The position numbers were made by a program, and so were the translations under genes. Of a DNA stretch of 64,000 nt, positions 60,156 through 64,000 are shown piece after piece. Origin of the DNA: an uncultured Lachnoclostridium sp. (GTDB taxonomy: Bacteria; Bacillota; Clostridia; Lachnospirales; Lachnospiraceae). The DNA is taken from assembly GCA_905212635.1 (NCBI GenBank), contig CAJMFH010000001.1:17576-81575 (forward strand). Reading direction: 5' to 3'. The first letter of the stretch is position 1. Every line of letters begins with the position of its first letter. The notes below the pieces were generated by a model, which did not search any database, had not been told where the DNA came from, and worked only from the letters and a program-made list of their open reading frames with translations.

Positions 60156-60230
60156 TTGACAAAGAAATAGGCAAAGTTTATAATATTTTTAATCCCGATA
60201 AAAATGATAGGAATTAAAATAGTCGGACTT
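60156..60230 (+). promoter_or_regulatory. Consensus sigma-A promoter plus candidate Rrf2 operator
   Basis: TTGACA-N17-TATAAT (60156-60184), then the imperfect palindrome AATCCCGAT-N7-ATAGGAATT (60191-60215). Confidence 0.72.
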
Positions 60231-60291
60231 TTTCCAATCCTTTTTATGCGGGACAGACTTATGTAATTCCACTGTTTAAAGGAGGATTGCA

Positions 60292-60732
60292 ATGAAAATT
60301 TCAACGAAAGGACGTTATGGTTTACGCGCGGTCATTGATATTGCCATACATGGGGATTCCGAACCGGTTTCCTTAAGTGATATCGCAGTTCGCGAAGACA
60401 TATCGGTCAGTTATCTGGAACAATTGATTGCAAAACTGCGCCGGGCTGACATTGTAACCAGCGTTCGCGGGGCAAAGGGTGGTTATTCGCTGGCTAAGCC
60501 CAAAAATGAAATTTCTGTTGGAGATGTACTGAGAGCTTTAGAAGGGGATCTTGCCCCGGTAAACTGCTCCGAAGTCATTGAAAACGGGAGTCCCTGCAAA
60601 GAATCCAAACAATGCGTTTCCAAACTGGTATGGCAGCGCATAAGCGAAAGTATCAATAATGCCGTAGATAGTCTTATGATTTCCGACTTGCTTGAGGAAT
60701 CGGATTCCGATAAGATCTGCGGCTGTCAATAG
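60292..60732 (+). CDS. Rrf2-family regulator (IscR-like)
   Basis: ISTKGRYGLRA, YLEQL, RGAKGGY, three Cys in C..C..C. Upstream of nifS-nifU. Confidence 0.92.
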   Translation: MKISTKGRYGLRAVIDIAIHGDSEPVSLSDIAVREDISVSYLEQLIAKLRRADIVTSVRGAKGGYSLAKPKNEISVGDVLRALEGDLAPVNCSEVIENGSPCKESKQCVSKLVWQRISESINNAVDSLMISDLLEESDSDKICGCQ

Positions 60733-60747
60733 AGAAAGGAGATCACA

Positions 60748-61935
60748 ATGAGTAGATTTGTGTATTTAGATAATGCAGCAACCACATCAACCAAAAAAGA
60801 AGTCGTTGATGCGATGTATCCATTTTTTACAGAGAACTTTGGAAACCCGTCGAGTGTATATGATTTCGCCGCCAAAAATAAAAAAGCGGTAACTGACAGC
60901 AGACAGATTATTGCCGATGCTCTTCATGCCGATGTGCGTGACATTTACTTTACCGCAGGCGGCAGTGAATCCGACAACTGGGCATTGATCGCCACGGCAG
61001 AAGCCTATGAAAATAAGGGAAAGCATATCATTACATCAAAGATTGAACATCATGCCATTTTACACACATGTGATTATTTGGAATCCCGTGGTTTCGAAAT
61101 CACTTATATTGATGTTGATGAAAATGGTATTTTGAAATTGGATGAATTGAAAAAAGCAATTCGTCCGGACACCATTTTAATTTCTGTTATGTTTGCCAAC
61201 AATGAGATTGGAAGCATTCAGCCAATCAAAGAGATAGGCGAAATTGCCAAAGAACATGGCATCTTATTCCATACGGATGCGGTTCAGGCATTTGGTCAGA
61301 TTCCGATCAATGTTGATGAACTTCACATTGATATGTTGAGTGCCAGCGGACATAAACTTCATGGGCCAAAGGGAATCGGTTTTTTGTATATCCGCAAAGG
61401 TTTGAAACTTCGTTCCTTTATCCATGGTGGCGCACAGGAACGGAAACGTCGTGCCGGAACAGAAAATGTACCAGGTATCGTAGGACTTGGCAAAGCCGTT
61501 TCCATCGCCGTAGAAACTATGGATGAACGGATCAAACATGAAACCGAAGTCCGCGACTATATGATTGAAAAGATCAAAAAGACCATTCCGTATTGTCGTT
61601 TAAATGGAGACCGCACAAAGCGTCTTCCAAATAATGTAAACTTTAGTTTTCAGTTTGTAGAGGGAGAGTCTCTTCTGATCATGTTAGATATGGAAGGAAT
61701 CTGTGCTTCGAGTGGATCCGCTTGTACTTCCGGATCTTTGGATCCTTCCCACGTATTGCTGGCAATCGGACTTCCTCACGAAATTGCTCATGGTTCTCTT
61801 CGTATGACATTAAGCGAGGAAACTACCATTGAGGATGCGGATTATGTAATTGATAAATTGCAGGGCATTGTTGCAAAATTGAGAAGTATGTCTCCACTGT
61901 ACGAAGATTTTGTAAAGAAAAATGCAGCAAAATAA
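60748..61935 (+). CDS. nifS: Cysteine desulfurase
   Basis: YLDNAATT, GNPSS, SGHKLHGPKG, SGSAC motifs. Confidence 0.96.
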   Translation: MSRFVYLDNAATTSTKKEVVDAMYPFFTENFGNPSSVYDFAAKNKKAVTDSRQIIADALHADVRDIYFTAGGSESDNWALIATAEAYENKGKHIITSKIEHHAILHTCDYLESRGFEITYIDVDENGILKLDELKKAIRPDTILISVMFANNEIGSIQPIKEIGEIAKEHGILFHTDAVQAFGQIPINVDELHIDMLSASGHKLHGPKGIGFLYIRKGLKLRSFIHGGAQERKRRAGTENVPGIVGLGKAVSIAVETMDERIKHETEVRDYMIEKIKKTIPYCRLNGDRTKRLPNNVNFSFQFVEGESLLIMLDMEGICASSGSACTSGSLDPSHVLLAIGLPHEIAHGSLRMTLSEETTIEDADYVIDKLQGIVAKLRSMSPLYEDFVKKNAAK

Positions 61936-61953
61936 GGAAAGGATGGTATCGTA

Positions 61954-62397
61954 ATGTATAGCGAAAAAGTAATGGATCATTTCAGTAATCCAAGAAATGT
62001 AGGAGAGATTGAAAACGCAAGTGGTGTTGGTACCGTTGGAAATGCAAAATGCGGCGACATCATGCGTATGTATTTAGATATTGACGATAATGGTGTAATT
62101 CAGGATTGTAAATTTAAAACCTTTGGCTGTGGTGCTGCCGTAGCAACAAGCAGTATGGCAACGGAGCTGGTAAAAGGAAAAACAATCCAGGAAGCAATGG
62201 AAGTAACCAACAAAGCCGTTATGGAAGCGTTGGATGGTCTTCCTCCGGTAAAAGTTCATTGTTCCCTTCTTGCCGAAGAAGCGATTCATGCAGCTCTGTG
62301 GGATTACGCAGAAAAACATGGAATCAAGATTGAAGGACTTTCCAAGCCAAAATCGGATATTCATGAAGGAGAAGAAGATACCGAAGAAGAGTATTAA
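61954..62397 (+). CDS. nifU: Fe-S cluster scaffold (NifU/IscU)
   Basis: HFSNPRNVG, CGD, FGC, VHCS motifs. Confidence 0.95.
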   Translation: MYSEKVMDHFSNPRNVGEIENASGVGTVGNAKCGDIMRMYLDIDDNGVIQDCKFKTFGCGAAVATSSMATELVKGKTIQEAMEVTNKAVMEALDGLPPVKVHCSLLAEEAIHAALWDYAEKHGIKIEGLSKPKSDIHEGEEDTEEEY

Positions 62398-62419
62398 TTC
62401 CAAATATTGTAAAAGTTTG

Positions 62420-62458
62420 AAACACCGTAGAGTTTCATTTGAATTCTACGGTGTTTTT
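62420..62458. terminator. Bidirectional terminator
   Basis: AAACACCGTAGAGTTT / GAATTCTACGGTGTTT between convergent genes. Confidence 0.8.
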
Positions 62459-62500
62459 GTAAGATTTTCCAGAAATAAGTATAAAAATTTGGCATTTTAT

Positions 62501-63334
62501 TTAAAACGAATGAAACTGCCGTATATGATCTTTTACCGACAGATATCCACGAAATCCAGCCTTTTCCGCCAACGTGGCGGCACGTTCAAAATCAGCTGCG
62601 ACACGGGAAATATCGTGCGCATCCGATCCAAAAATAATATTTTCGCCCCCAAGTTCCCGGAATCGTTTTATGATCTCAAAACATGGATTTGGCATGGTTC
62701 CACCATTTTTATAACCGGAGGTATTGATCTCCAGAATAAGATTCCGGTCAAGAATAATCTTTAAGATTTCATCAATGAGTTCCGCATATTTTTCATAACG
62801 ATAAAATGCATAGCCGGAGGGGAGATAGCGTGTAATATAATCCAGATGTCCGACCGTGTCGATCTGAATCTCTCCAAGATTTTGGAGTTGCTCATAAGTC
62901 GTTTCAAAATAACGTTTCAACCCGTTTTCTTCCCCATAAGCTTCCCAGAAATCCGGATAATACGGATCCATATTTTCAATCAGATGAATGGAACCGATAC
63001 AATATTCCAGATCACTGCGTTTACTCAATGCCACATTGTCCTCATACGCATCGGATTTTAACCCAATTTCCACACCGGTATGAATTTCAATCTGCTCTTT
63101 ATATTTTTCACGCAGGGAAGCAATCGTGTCCCGATATTTTTCAAAATCAAACTGAAACGGTTTTTCTCCCGCCTCAAGCTGCCAGTCATACGTAGTCGGA
63201 AACCGGTAATCCATATGATCGGTAAAAGTAATTCCGCGGAGTTTTCGCCGGATCGATTCCCGGATCATATTTTCCATCGGCTCTTCACTATCCGTCGAAA
63301 ACTGCGTGTGCATATGTGCATCGTATTCAATCAT
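62501..63334 (-). CDS. PHP-family histidinol-phosphatase (HisJ/HisK-like)
   Basis: DAHMHT, FTDH, GSIH, GHLDY, EINTSG, GSDAH motifs. ATG at 63334 after AGGAGG. Confidence 0.88.
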   Translation of the reverse strand: MIEYDAHMHTQFSTDSEEPMENMIRESIRRKLRGITFTDHMDYRFPTTYDWQLEAGEKPFQFDFEKYRDTIASLREKYKEQIEIHTGVEIGLKSDAYEDNVALSKRSDLEYCIGSIHLIENMDPYYPDFWEAYGEENGLKRYFETTYEQLQNLGEIQIDTVGHLDYITRYLPSGYAFYRYEKYAELIDEILKIILDRNLILEINTSGYKNGGTMPNPCFEIIKRFRELGGENIIFGSDAHDISRVAADFERAATLAEKAGFRGYLSVKDHIRQFHSF

Positions 63335-63347
63335 TTTCTTTCTCCTC

Positions 63348-64000
63348 CTAATGAACTTCCTCAATCCCATCGATATCCGGCGATACCACCATCGAATAAT
63401 TCGTATAATAAACGACAAAACCTGGTTTACTTCCATTTGGTTTCTTAACATTTTTCTTTTGTGTATAATCAATCTCCACTTTATCTGAAGTTGCTTTTTG
63501 AGAAAAATGTGCCGCCAGACTGGCTGCCTCTTCAAATGTCCGTATCGGTGGTTCTTCGTTGTTACACTGAACAATGACATGCGAACCGGGCGCCTGCTTT
63601 ACGTGAAACCACCAGTCATTTCCGGTCGCCGTTTTAAACGTCAGCATATCATTCTGGTAATTGTTTTTTCCCACATACATATCGTAACCATCACTTGAGC
63701 GGAAGTGAAGCGGTTTGCTTTTTGGCATCGCCTTGCTGTTTTTATTTTTCTTTCCGGCATGACTTTTCATATAGCCGCTGTCAATCAGTTCCTGTTTGAT
63801 CAGCTGAAGATCTTCCTCCTGTCTGGCAATATCAAGCGCCGTGAGAATGGTTTCCAAATGATCGATCTGCATCTGGGTTTCTTCAATCTGAACCGAAACC
63901 GCTTCAAAGGTTCGCTTTAACTTATTGTAACGGTCAAAATATTTATTGGCATTTTCTGCCGGCGTTTTGGTCGGATCAATCGGAATCGCAAGTTCGGAAC
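63348..64000 (-). CDS. NFACT/RqcH (FbpA) protein, C-terminal part; runs off the window end
   Basis: ENANKYFDRYNKLKR, VGKNNYQND, WFHV...PGSHV, DYT, KPGFV motifs. Confidence 0.9.
   Translation of the reverse strand, partial: SELAIPIDPTKTPAENANKYFDRYNKLKRTFEAVSVQIEETQMQIDHLETILTALDIARQEEDLQLIKQELIDSGYMKSHAGKKNKNSKAMPKSKPLHFRSSDGYDMYVGKNNYQNDMLTFKTATGNDWWFHVKQAPGSHVIVQCNNEEPPIRTFEEAASLAAHFSQKATSDKVEIDYTQKKNVKKPNGSKPGFVVYYTNYSMVVSPDIDGIEEVH

Noticed and set aside
63335..63580. N-terminal extension of the PHP ORF, and similar extensions of pyrB, cmk, hisZ and the nitrilase
   Set aside because: These are artefacts of longest-ORF calling. Downstream starts fit the family N-termini and mostly have clear RBSs.

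Overview
A 64 kb segment of chromosome from a low-GC, spore-forming Firmicute, probably Lachnospiraceae-like Clostridia (inferred from gene content and order). It is mostly core genes on the + strand: ktr K+ uptake, rpsO-NUDIX-pnp, tepA-ftsK/spoIIIE, two RimK-like ligases, fhs, pyrBI plus an amino-acid ABC transporter, an aconitase-like hydratase, hydF, a small alarmone synthetase, folD-rimO-pgsA-cinA, cmk-ispH-rpsA-cheR, plsX-rnc-smc-ftsY-ilvA-hisZGD, rplS-lepB-ylqF-lepB, gdhA, tRNA-Arg(CCG), hslO, ligA, spoVB-like, rrf2-nifS-nifU, a PHP phosphatase and rqcH. One small AT-rich accessory patch (about 18.87-21.33 kb) holds a lipoprotein, a complete type III toxin-antitoxin module and the C-terminal remnant of an HNH nuclease. 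The module has a promoter, 2.2 x 47-nt pseudoknot-forming RNA repeats, a terminator and a CptN-like toxin. Other notable items: a signal peptidase paralogue lacking both catalytic residues, a 944-aa acidic protein with repeated LDF motifs, a duplication at the pgsA-cinA junction that creates a 25-aa mini-ORF, and a long hairpin in the pnp leader. All calls come from motif recognition by eye; no database searches were run.
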